Source: Polyangiaceae bacterium (GTDB taxonomy: Bacteria; Myxococcota_A; Polyangia; Polyangiales; Polyangiaceae). From it: a DNA stretch of 64,000 bases. The notes under the pieces are model-generated. The model was not told where the DNA came from. It saw only the letters and a program-made list of their open reading frames with translations, and ran no database searches. The stretch covers positions 704,129 to 768,128 of the forward strand of contig CBDCTZ010000012.1 in NCBI GenBank assembly GCA_965222375.1, given 5' to 3'. Shown here in pieces: positions 1 through 8,603 of this stretch (position 1 is its first letter; each line of letters starts with the position of its first letter). Position numbers and translations under genes: made by a program.

Positions 1-754
1 AGGGCGTGCCGACAATCGCCCCCCGGCTCGTTACCTCTCCCAATTCTGCAGATTCGCGAAGTTTCGCGAGGCCGAAGTCGAGCACCTTGACGAGTTCGGT
101 GCCCGCCTCGGACTTCAAAATGAAGACGTTTTCTGGTTTGAGATCCCGATGAATGATGTCGAGGCGATGTGCTTCCGAGAGGGAGCTGCAGACCTGAGTC
201 ACGATGCGCGCTGTGCGGCTAGCCGTCAGCGGGCCATTGCGGCGAATGATGCGGCCAAGATCCTCGCCCCGCAGGTACTCCATGGCCAGGTACGTCATTC
301 CGTCGGAGGTTCCGAAGTCGAACACCTGAACTGTGTTGGGATGAGACAACCTGCTAACCATGAGCGCTTCGCGTTTGAATCGCGCCACGATCTCGTTGTC
401 CCGGGATAGCTCGCCCGCCAGCAGTTTGAGCGCCATGAGCTTTCCGATCCGGGCGTGCTCCACCCGATAGACGACCCCCATTCCACCGCGACCGAGAGGC
501 TCAATGATGCGGTAGCGGCCGGCGATCACAACGCCGATCAGAGGATCCGCCACATGGCCGGTCTCTTCCACACTGACTTCCCCGGGAATGGTGATGGCGA
601 GGGCATCTCGGGGCTTCGACATCGAGTCGGAAGCGCCCGTCAGCGTATCCGTCGTCTTGAGCCGAACTCCGCACTCGCTGCAGAACTTTGCCGCTGCCGG
701 GTTCTGCGCCTGGCAGCCGCCGCAGGTTGTGGCTTCCTTGTCGCCGTCGCTCAA
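1..754 (-). CDS. Ser/Thr protein kinase with N-terminal double zinc ribbon (3' end truncated by window edge)
   Basis: Not in the ORF track. Reverse-strand translation from TTG at 754 gives SDGDKEATTCGGCQAQNPAAAKFCSECG, then IIHRDLKPENVFIL and VKVLDFGLAK. The start overlaps the upstream TGA. Confidence 0.9.
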   Translation of the reverse strand, partial: MSDGDKEATTCGGCQAQNPAAAKFCSECGVRLKTTDTLTGASDSMSKPRDALAITIPGEVSVEETGHVADPLIGVVIAGRYRIIEPLGRGGMGVVYRVEHARIGKLMALKLLAGELSRDNEIVARFKREALMVSRLSHPNTVQVFDFGTSDGMTYLAMEYLRGEDLGRIIRRNGPLTASRTARIVTQVCSSLSEAHRLDIIHRDLKPENVFILKSEAGTELVKVLDFGLAKLRESAELGEVTSRGAIVGTP

Positions 755-2325
755 AACGCCTCTCCAGGTTCCACCGCCAAGAGCTCGCTGAACAGGCGCG
801 GCCCCAACTGCTTCCCGCTGCCGGCCATCGAGATATCACCGATCGCGATCACGTTGTCGCCGACGATGGCGGGCACGATGGCGCCGTGCTCGACTCGCAC
901 GTCGCACTCTGCGGCTGCGCAGTCAGTAGCCATCACGACCATTCGGCTGCGGTGCCCAACGGTTTCCACCTGCCGTACCTGGCCCCGGAGCGCGAATCTC
1001 TTGCTCCCGGAACCCCCGGCACCTTCGAGGACGTCCTGGAGCTTGGAGGGGGTTTTGGAGGCTTGTGCCTTGGCTTCTGCTAGCACATCGGCAACTCGGC
1101 GGACGCGCCGGCGGACAAGTCGAGGCGCGAAGCCGGGAACCGAGGCGCGGATGGTGATCTCCTTCTCGCCAAGCTGAGAAATGGCCATACGCTGCGCAAA
1201 AGCGCCGTCAGTGCCCACCGAGATCTTGCGTCCCTCGACGGTGACGACGGAACCAGGCTGTGCCTTTCCTGCGAGCATGAAAGTGTCTCGACCCAGCACG
1301 ATGCTCGCATTCGGGGCCGACACGCGCAACGCCGCGATCTTCATGTCGAAGGCGAAGCTGCCGCGCTGGTCGCTGCAGCCTGGCGCGGTCAAGTTGAAGG
1401 GCACGGATCTGCGCAGCTGCTTCGGAGCGTCCGCATCCCCTAGAACACCGTCCGCCAGCTGCAGCCGGTAGCTGGCCCGGCCCTCGTCGTCCGGGGCCAA
1501 TGCGTTGCCGTCGACAATTGCGCTGCCCCCGGTTGGTACTTCGACGACCAAGACGACTGCAGGTTCTTCGTCGCCGAGCCTGGATAGGTCCGGAGACAGG
1601 CGACCACAGACTCGGACGTCGATCTCCAACGTCTCTTGGTTTCCCGATGGGTCGGTCGCATTCACGATCAGTGAATTCGTTCGTAGGCCTATCGGTGTCG
1701 CCATCGTGATTTGCGCGCTGCCCTGGGATATGGAACCTTGTTCCGGGCCCAGCGCAAGATCCGTCTTGTCTACACAGCGCGGGCAAGCCACCTCCAGTAC
1801 CTGGGTTCCATCCGAGTCGACTCTCGCGATGCCCTTCGGCGGGTCAGGCCAGAGCAACCACACGATACCCCCGACCATGGCGGCTGCGAGCGTGAGCACG
1901 ATTGCAGCCACGATCCCTCTTGCGATTCTGAGGCGCCGACGCTCAGCGGGAGACGTGTCTGCATCCTCGCCTTCAGGCGGACGCACGACGAGGTTTCGAA
2001 GCGTCGTCGAGAGGCGTATGCCTCCGCTCATGCGTTCATCGAGGCGTCGAGCCTTGCGTCGGCGCCTGGGCGCTTCCAGCTGTGCCCCAGACGAGCTGGG
2101 TGGCGCGGCGCGCGGGGCTGGTGCGGGCACGGGCGGTGCAGCCAACTCGGTTTTTTCTCCAGCTAGTGCATCGCGCGCGCCTCGTGACGCGTGCGGTGGC
2201 GTCGGCTTGGCCGATTGGGATTCCGGTTCCGGGGTGGGTAGGGACCCCAGAAAGAGCGTCTGTCCCCCCTTGCAGATGTCGCAGACGCCCTGCGCGGGGC
2301 GACCGCATCGGGGGCAGCGGGCCAT
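751..2325 (-). CDS. Single-pass membrane protein: N-terminal CxxC...CxxC, extracytoplasmic Ig-like and possible OB-fold domains
   Basis: ATG at 2325 gives MARCPRCG...CDIC. TM segment GIVAAIVLTLAAAMVGGIVWLLW, followed by a beta-rich C-terminus. The longer ORF start would overlap hisF. Confidence 0.7.
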   Translation of the reverse strand: MARCPRCGRPAQGVCDICKGGQTLFLGSLPTPEPESQSAKPTPPHASRGARDALAGEKTELAAPPVPAPAPRAAPPSSSGAQLEAPRRRRKARRLDERMSGGIRLSTTLRNLVVRPPEGEDADTSPAERRRLRIARGIVAAIVLTLAAAMVGGIVWLLWPDPPKGIARVDSDGTQVLEVACPRCVDKTDLALGPEQGSISQGSAQITMATPIGLRTNSLIVNATDPSGNQETLEIDVRVCGRLSPDLSRLGDEEPAVVLVVEVPTGGSAIVDGNALAPDDEGRASYRLQLADGVLGDADAPKQLRRSVPFNLTAPGCSDQRGSFAFDMKIAALRVSAPNASIVLGRDTFMLAGKAQPGSVVTVEGRKISVGTDGAFAQRMAISQLGEKEITIRASVPGFAPRLVRRRVRRVADVLAEAKAQASKTPSKLQDVLEGAGGSGSKRFALRGQVRQVETVGHRSRMVVMATDCAAAECDVRVEHGAIVPAIVGDNVIAIGDISMAGSGKQLGPRLFSELLAVEPGEAF

Positions 2326-2457
2326 TGCCCGAGAGGATAGCCGACGTGGGTGGAATCTGACGAATCCGGCCTGTGGGCCGGAGCTTGGGTCATAGGCAGT
2401 TTGCAGGGACTTTGGCCCAATCTGCCTCGTTCCGGTATGGGCCGAGCAGTCCTCACC

Positions 2458-3225
2458 ATGCTCGCCAAACGCATCATCCCCTGCCTGGACGTTCGCGACG
2501 GCCGTGTCGTGAAGGGGGTGGGCTTCGTGGCCCTTCGGGACGCGGGTGATCCCGTGGAGCAAGCTTGTCGCTACGACGCGGAGGGTGCTGACGAAATCAC
2601 GTTCCTCGACATCACCGCGTCTCACGAGAAACGCAGCGCATTGCTTAGCGCTGTCGAGCGCACTGCCAGCGTGGTGTTCACGCCGCTAACTGTTGGGGGA
2701 GGCGTGCGCAGCCTGGGGGATGTGCACGATCTGCTGAACGCGGGTGCCGACAAAGTCAGTGTCAACACGGCAGCTGTCGAGCGCCCGGAGCTAGTCGCAG
2801 AAATCTCCGACACCTACGGAGCGCAAGCTCTCGTGGTCGCCGTGGACGCGAAGATGAACGAGCAGCAAGGCTACGAAGTATTCACCCACGGTGGTCGCAA
2901 GCCGCGGGGGTTGGACGCGGTGACTTGGGCAAAGCGCTGCGAGGAATTGGGAGCCGGAGAGATCCTACTCACCAGTATGGACCGCGATGGCACCAAGCTC
3001 GGCTACGACTTGGCGCTCGTGCGCACTGTGGTCGACGGCGTAGGTATTCCCGTCGTTGCTTCCGGTGGCGTTGGTAACTTGGAACATCTCTACGAGGGGT
3101 TGGCTGAGGGCGGAGCAGATGCTGCGCTGGCTGCGTCGATCTTTCACGACGGTATTCACTCCATCAATCAAGCGAAGCGCTTCCTTGGCGCGCGCGGTGT
3201 TGTGGTGCGCGGAGGACAAGCATGA
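2458..3225 (+). CDS. hisF: Imidazole glycerol phosphate synthase cyclase subunit
   Basis: [60 protein letters not shown]. Confidence 0.97.
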   Translation: MLAKRIIPCLDVRDGRVVKGVGFVALRDAGDPVEQACRYDAEGADEITFLDITASHEKRSALLSAVERTASVVFTPLTVGGGVRSLGDVHDLLNAGADKVSVNTAAVERPELVAEISDTYGAQALVVAVDAKMNEQQGYEVFTHGGRKPRGLDAVTWAKRCEELGAGEILLTSMDRDGTKLGYDLALVRTVVDGVGIPVVASGGVGNLEHLYEGLAEGGADAALAASIFHDGIHSINQAKRFLGARGVVVRGGQA

Positions 3226-6200
3226 GTGTGACACTACGAGAGGTGCTGGGTGCGGCGCGGGCGCGATCGGCTTTGCTGCCGGCGGAAGTGAGCGGCTACG
3301 TGGCCCTCGCTGTTGCTGAACAAAACGCGATTAGCCAGCGAGCCGTGACACCCATTTCTGTGGAACTCGGGCCAGACGGCGCCCTGCGAGTGACCGGGGG
3401 TGAGGCAACGGACGCCGAAGGTGCGGAGACATCCGTACGTGGGCTGCTCAGCGAGCTGCTGATGGAATCGAGCTCCGTGTCCGGTGCCATGCTGCGAATC
3501 GCAAACCGTCGAACTTCCACCGGCATGGATGCTCTGGTGCGTGAAGTGGAGGCCTCGCTCATTCCGGTCAATCGGGGCGCCGGTCGTCGCGCACTGTCCC
3601 GTTTGTACCGCGACACGGCTCGCGCCAAGGAAAGTGGCGCTCTCGACATGCCCGTCGAAGCAGAGTCCCGTGACGTGCCGCTAGCCGTCGTGTCAGCTGA
3701 GCCAGCGTCGACTCCCTTGCCGCTGCCCGTCGCGGAGGCTCCACCACCTCTGCCGCGTCAAGCAGAGCTGCCCCATCCAGAGCCCACACTGCAATCGTTG
3801 GAGCCCATGCCGGGTCTGGAAGTGCCGCAATTCGCCTCGCCCCTGCAGCTGCCAGTGCAGCTGGAGTCGAGCGCAGCACCCGTCGCAAGGGACCCAGATT
3901 GGAGTGAGCCTATATGGGCGGATATCACCGACGAAGTGTGCCTCGAAATCAGCGACATGGTGTCAGAAGAGACGACCTGTCCTCGGGCCGCATCGGCGCG
4001 CGTGCAGGACCATGCTTCCGACTGGGACGACTCTGTTGACGTGGTGTTTTCCCCAGTGCCTGCGAAGGCACGTGCCGTCCCGGACGAAGCGGCGGAACTC
4101 GAGATCCCAGATCTAGAGCTTCCCGCGAGTGTGAGTCCGCCGCTGCCAAGTTCCGAGGGCTACACGGCTCCGGAGACGGTGGTTGCTCTACGCGGCGCGG
4201 GGCCGGACATCGGGCATGCCGCGCTCGGCGCTACGCTACATCTTCCTGATTCCGCTCCTCTGGCTGCGGTGGATGGGTGGTCGCTTGGTGGAGATGCGAC
4301 GCCCGTCGCTCCGCTGTCAGAACCGGTGCCGGCATCAGTTTCCGAACCCACGTTGGAAGCGGAGGCCATCAACGCGACTCCGACGCTATTCCACGAAGCC
4401 CAGGACGCAACGGAACGAGTTCCCATGGTTATAGACCGCTCGCCGTCGCCTCCGGAAGTGGACACCCCCGTCGAACCCTCAGAGCCATCCCAGGACCATG
4501 CCCACGCACTAGACTCGGAGGAAACTCCAGCGGAGCAAGCGGTTGTGGAGGGTTGTGTAGATCCGTCGGAAGCGGCCTCCCCGGTCGAAGTGACTGCGCC
4601 ACTGCCCCCGGCAGTCGTGACCAACCCCCCGGAGGCGCCGGAGCCGATCCCGGCGGCAGTCGTCGTGGCTGAGCCTCCCGAGGTATTGGAACCGATCCCA
4701 ATGGCGGTGGTGGTTGAAGCCTGCGAGGTCTTGGAGCCGATCCCGGCGGCAGTGGTGGCTGAAGCCAGCGAGGTCTCGGAGCCGATCCCGGTGGCGGTGG
4801 TGGCTAGAGCCTCCGACGTATTGGAGCCGATCCCGGCGGCGGCGATGGCTGAACCTCAGGTCTTGGAGCCGATCCTGGCGGCAACCGTCACTGACAGAGC
4901 GCTGGAGGATTGCTTAGGGGGGCGAACCGCGCCCGAAGCTTTCGAGGAGGCGCCCACATGTCTGGCACCGCCCGTCGCCGAGATCGGCGCTGCACGTCTC
5001 ACCGAACAACGGTCGGTCGTCGAGGCTCCTGACGAGCCTCCAATGCCGATCGACCCTCGAGACGTCTGCAGCGACCTGCAGGTTGAAGAAACCTTGGCAG
5101 CCGCGGGGAACTCGGAGGACGGGGCAGAAGACGCGGATGGAGCCAAGCGCGTGGCAGAAGACGCGGACAGAGCCGAATGCGCGGCAGCAGACGCGGACGG
5201 AGCCGAGCGCGTGGCAGCAGACGCGGACGGGGCCGAGTGCGCGGCAGCAGACGCGGATGGAGCCGAGCGCGCGGCAGCAGACGCGGACGGGGCCGAGTGC
5301 GCGGCAGCAGACGCGGACAGAGCCGAGCGCGCGGCAGATGATGGGCACTCAGCCAAGGAGGCGCCTGCGACGGATGCTAGTCCGAGCGAGAGCGGGGCTA
5401 GCGCGTCCGCGGAGGCTTCTGCAGAACCTCCGGTGGTCACCGCGGCCAATGAAACCGGCACCGAGGCGGAGGCTACTGAAGAGATTGAAGCCAACGAGCT
5501 CGACGATGAGGAGGAAGAACCGGCGGAGTCGGAGGTGCGGATCTCTAGCTTCCATCGAGAAATGACGCCCCTGCCACCGATAGTCGAACCGGCATCATCT
5601 CGGGTCGTGGCCCACCAGAGTTGTGTAGACGACCTCTTGGAAAACTTTAGCGTCGCCAACATCGGGGAGCCGTCCGACTTGTGCCGGGGCTTGAAGGAAC
5701 TCGCGGGCATTGAAGCTACTGGCGCCCCCCCCCAGGTGGCCGAAGACGGTACGCCGCCTCCAGTCGCAGTCGCAGAGCGGGTGGAAGAAAGCGACGATGC
5801 CGATGCGCCGGGTCGACCCGGCCCCTTGGTGGGCGCGCTGGCTTTGCTCCTTGCTGTCGGCGTGGCGGGGTCGTCGGCGCTGCCCGATCAACCCGTGCCT
5901 CGCCTCAGGACCGCGGCAGGCGCAGTGGCCTCTGACGCACTGGAACACAGCCAAGTCCTCGATGACGAGGCGAGTTGCGACGCGGAAGTCGTGGTGCGAG
6001 ACGTGCCACGGGGTGCGAGGGTGACCGCTCGGGGTGGGCCCGAGTTGACCACAGTGCAAGCGTCACGGACATCGAAGGACCGCGTGGTGTTTACCAGATT
6101 GCCCTGCGGCGAGGCCCTGGAGGTCACGGTGCAGAATACCGGCCCTCGTCGCTGGCTCACGATCCCGGTCACTGCCGCAAGGCTCTCGCCCCAACCTGGC

Positions 6201-6239
6201 GCTGACGGCCGCGTGCGAGTCACGCTGATCGCACGTTGA
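3222..6239 (+). CDS. Large Pro/Ala/Glu-rich membrane-anchored hypothetical protein with internal tandem repeats
   Basis: 1005-aa ORF with ATGA overlap with hisF. Long acidic low-complexity core, a TM segment ([16 protein letters not shown]) near residue 870, and a short beta-rich C-terminal domain. Confidence 0.75.
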   Translation: MSVTLREVLGAARARSALLPAEVSGYVALAVAEQNAISQRAVTPISVELGPDGALRVTGGEATDAEGAETSVRGLLSELLMESSSVSGAMLRIANRRTSTGMDALVREVEASLIPVNRGAGRRALSRLYRDTARAKESGALDMPVEAESRDVPLAVVSAEPASTPLPLPVAEAPPPLPRQAELPHPEPTLQSLEPMPGLEVPQFASPLQLPVQLESSAAPVARDPDWSEPIWADITDEVCLEISDMVSEETTCPRAASARVQDHASDWDDSVDVVFSPVPAKARAVPDEAAELEIPDLELPASVSPPLPSSEGYTAPETVVALRGAGPDIGHAALGATLHLPDSAPLAAVDGWSLGGDATPVAPLSEPVPASVSEPTLEAEAINATPTLFHEAQDATERVPMVIDRSPSPPEVDTPVEPSEPSQDHAHALDSEETPAEQAVVEGCVDPSEAASPVEVTAPLPPAVVTNPPEAPEPIPAAVVVAEPPEVLEPIPMAVVVEACEVLEPIPAAVVAEASEVSEPIPVAVVARASDVLEPIPAAAMAEPQVLEPILAATVTDRALEDCLGGRTAPEAFEEAPTCLAPPVAEIGAARLTEQRSVVEAPDEPPMPIDPRDVCSDLQVEETLAAAGNSEDGAEDADGAKRVAEDADRAECAAADADGAERVAADADGAECAAADADGAERAAADADGAECAAADADRAERAADDGHSAKEAPATDASPSESGASASAEASAEPPVVTAANETGTEAEATEEIEANELDDEEEEPAESEVRISSFHREMTPLPPIVEPASSRVVAHQSCVDDLLENFSVANIGEPSDLCRGLKELAGIEATGAPPQVAEDGTPPPVAVAERVEESDDADAPGRPGPLVGALALLLAVGVAGSSALPDQPVPRLRTAAGAVASDALEHSQVLDDEASCDAEVVVRDVPRGARVTARGGPELTTVQASRTSKDRVVFTRLPCGEALEVTVQNTGPRRWLTIPVTAARLSPQPGADGRVRVTLIAR
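4630..4885 (+). repeat. In-frame tandem repeat, 6 copies of 42-48 bp ([17 protein letters not shown])
   Basis: GARCCGATCC cores at 4641, 4689, 4734, 4779, 4824 and 4866. Confidence 0.85.
5124..5338 (+). repeat. In-frame 30-bp tandem repeat, 7 copies (ADADGAE[R/C][A/V]A)
   Basis: GCAG(A/C)AGACGCGGA units at 5124, 5154, 5184, 5214, 5244, 5274 and 5304. Confidence 0.95.
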
Positions 6240-6270
6240 CAGCGCCAGCTCTCTGTGGCGGTCTTGGGAA

Positions 6271-6654
6271 ATGCACGACCAAAATCTGGCGATTCTCAAG
6301 AGCCTTGTGAGCGTGGCCTGGGCCGACGGCCGCATTGCAGAGGAAGAGTTGGAAGTCATCGACGCGTTGCTCGACGCGTTTGGGGCTACGCCCAGTGAGG
6401 CTCGCGAGGTTCGCAAGTACGCGGAGCAGAAGCGCACAATCGACGATGTGCCCGTCACGGATTTGAGTCATGACGACCGCCGAGTGCTGTTGCAGCATGC
6501 GGTACTGCTCACCTACATCGATGGCGAGCAGCACGACAAGGAGAAGGAACTCCTGGAGCAGCTTTGCGAGCGCCTTCGCATTCCCGACGCGGAAGCCAAG
6601 GGGCTGATGGACGCCGCTGGGGAGCGGGCCAAGAGCTTCTTGAACCTGCTCTAG
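6271..6654 (+). CDS. TerB-like (tellurite resistance/DjlA N-terminal fold) protein
   Basis: LVSVAWADGRIAEEE and LLTYIDGEQHDKEKELL: two ADG/IDG-xxxxE motifs. Confidence 0.8.
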   Translation: MHDQNLAILKSLVSVAWADGRIAEEELEVIDALLDAFGATPSEAREVRKYAEQKRTIDDVPVTDLSHDDRRVLLQHAVLLTYIDGEQHDKEKELLEQLCERLRIPDAEAKGLMDAAGERAKSFLNLL

Positions 6655-7016
6655 TCCTTTTTGTGCCGCTCAATCTCTTTGAGCAGCGCGATGGGAGAAA
6701 AGGGCTTCGTGTAGTAGGCGTTCGCACCCGCTTGCGCGGCGCGAGCCCGGGACTCGGAATCGTCCAGGGCGCTGATGATGACCACTGGAACGGTTCGAGT
6801 TGACGGGTCCGTGCGCAGCCTCTGGCACACCTCGAACCCATCGTATTGGCCCGGCAACATCAGGTCCAACAGGACGAGGTCCGGAGGGTCGGTCGTTGCG
6901 ACATCAATGGCCTTTGCCCCGTTTGCGACGGCAGTGACGGCGTAGCCGCGGGCTTGGACCAGAGCTTCGATCATCCGGCGGATCGAATCCTGATCCTCGA
7001 CGACCAAAATGCGCAT
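6651..7016 (-). CDS. Single-domain response regulator (CheY-like receiver)
   Basis: MRILVVED, PDLVLLDLMLP (phospho-Asp), VVIISA, YYTKPF. Confidence 0.93.
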   Translation of the reverse strand: MRILVVEDQDSIRRMIEALVQARGYAVTAVANGAKAIDVATTDPPDLVLLDLMLPGQYDGFEVCQRLRTDPSTRTVPVVIISALDDSESRARAAQAGANAYYTKPFSPIALLKEIERHKKD

Positions 7017-7097
7017 GGGCCGCATCATAGCCGATCCGGTGGACATTCCCATTTTTGAGCGGGTGGTGCTGGCGGATGGTCGAGGCAAAAATAGCTG

Positions 7098-8435
7098 TCA
7101 AATGCGAAGAATTAGCGCTGAGGTGCCCCCGTAATCCCCACAGCTAAGTCGGCCTCCCAACAGCCCAGCGGCAGACTGCCCAACCAAGAGCGCCACACCA
7201 TCGGGACGCCCCACAGAGCTGGGGTCGATTCGGCGTCGCAGAAAATCTTCCCTGGACGGCTCTGGGACAAGGGGGCCACCGTCACAGACCGTGAGCTCGA
7301 GAGGCAGCTCTGCCGACAGGCGGACTCGAACGGTCGCGTCCCGGGGCGACGCAGATATGGCGTGGTCCAAAAGCGCGTGCACGACGGTGCGGAGCACACC
7401 TTCCCGGGTTTCGAAGCGCAGCACCTCCGGAAGCCCCACGTCGATGCGCACACCTCGGCGGGCGGCACGTGCTTCGTGCTCTCCGATCACGCGCTTGATC
7501 GTCTCTACGACATCTACGTGGCTGTCCTCTTCGTCCAAGGGGCAAGCCGCGACGTGGCTAAGTTCGGCCACGACATCCCCGGCGGCGGCTAGACGCTTCG
7601 TGATGCGCTCGTTGGAGCCGGGCTCGGTGAGATCGGACTTGACGCCGTCCAGCCAGCCTCCCAGTTGGCGCTCCATGGCCGTGATGGCACCGACCAGCGC
7701 TTCGAGGGTGGGGCCGGCTTCACCGGCCTCCGGAGGTGGCGGAGGAGCCGAGGTGAGCGTGCCGGAGGAAAAAACTTGAGCGAGTTCTCGGGCGTAGGCC
7801 TCGCCGAGTTGCTGTGCCTGCTCCAGTTCACGCTTCAGTTCTGCGACCTCGTTGCCAGCGTCGTCCGCGGGCAGCCACATCACCTGAAGGCCGCCTTCTA
7901 GTTCCAGTCGTCCTCCATGCCTGGTCGCCATGCGCGATAGCCACCGCCGTTCCATGGCTGCAGTCGGAGATCGGTCTGGGCCCAAGTCCACACTGACTTT
8001 CACCCAGTCCCCGTGGCGGCGGATTTCGACGTCCGATGCGCCGGCACTGCCTGAGGCGCCGGAAGCGTTGGTTTGACTGACAAGGAGGTGGAGCATGCGC
8101 CTCATCTCGCCCTCTTCACCCATGACCTCGACTCCGGCTCCGGGCTCCATCGCGATACGCGCGTGGGGGGCGACTTCACACAGCAGCGCGGCGAGATCGA
8201 TTCGCCCACGGCGAGCCTTGGCGGACGCATGCCCGATCTGCAGCTCACCAAGTCGATTGATGGCATCGTCGAGGGCGTCGAGACTGGTGGTGACTTCGGG
8301 CTGCTTGTGTGGCTCCCCAGGAGGCGGGGGTTGGGTCAATAGGGTGACGCCCTCCCGGAGGGAGCGGGCTGCGCCCCGGGCTTCTTGAGCGAGCAGCCAA
8401 GACAGTTCTTGACGGGTGAGTCGTTCGTTCGACAC
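7098..8435 (-). CDS. Degenerate histidine kinase-like protein with two HATPase-like halves
   Basis: LAQEARGAARSL (H-box-like, no His), LVHALLDHAI (N-box-like), LTVCDGGP (G1-like), GLLGGRLS; first half ends RHGGRLELE. Confidence 0.7.
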   Translation of the reverse strand: MSNERLTRQELSWLLAQEARGAARSLREGVTLLTQPPPPGEPHKQPEVTTSLDALDDAINRLGELQIGHASAKARRGRIDLAALLCEVAPHARIAMEPGAGVEVMGEEGEMRRMLHLLVSQTNASGASGSAGASDVEIRRHGDWVKVSVDLGPDRSPTAAMERRWLSRMATRHGGRLELEGGLQVMWLPADDAGNEVAELKRELEQAQQLGEAYARELAQVFSSGTLTSAPPPPPEAGEAGPTLEALVGAITAMERQLGGWLDGVKSDLTEPGSNERITKRLAAAGDVVAELSHVAACPLDEEDSHVDVVETIKRVIGEHEARAARRGVRIDVGLPEVLRFETREGVLRTVVHALLDHAISASPRDATVRVRLSAELPLELTVCDGGPLVPEPSREDFLRRRIDPSSVGRPDGVALLVGQSAAGLLGGRLSCGDYGGTSALILRI

Positions 8436-8603
8436 TTGCCCATCGATGATGCCATGAGCCTGCGGATCCGGCTACGCTACTGTCGGCTCAGGCCAGCTCC
8501 AGTCGCTGTCTGGGCCGGGGCCCGTCTGCCCCGGGGCTTTTGCTGCAGGAATCTCCACAAAAGCCACCCAAGGCGCGGGCCCGGCTCGGGCGCCTGGGCT
8601 AGG

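Noticed and set aside
149..1177. Plus-strand ORFs 149-409 and 455-1177, and the many other long antisense or alternate-frame ORFs (e.g. 8472-9806, 19097-20221, 20225-21277, 28614-29912)
   Set aside because: Shadow ORFs expected in high-GC DNA; they overlap well-supported genes and show no motifs.
5124..5338. CRISPR-like periodic repeat
   Set aside because: Contiguous in-frame 30-bp units with no unique spacers, inside a CDS.
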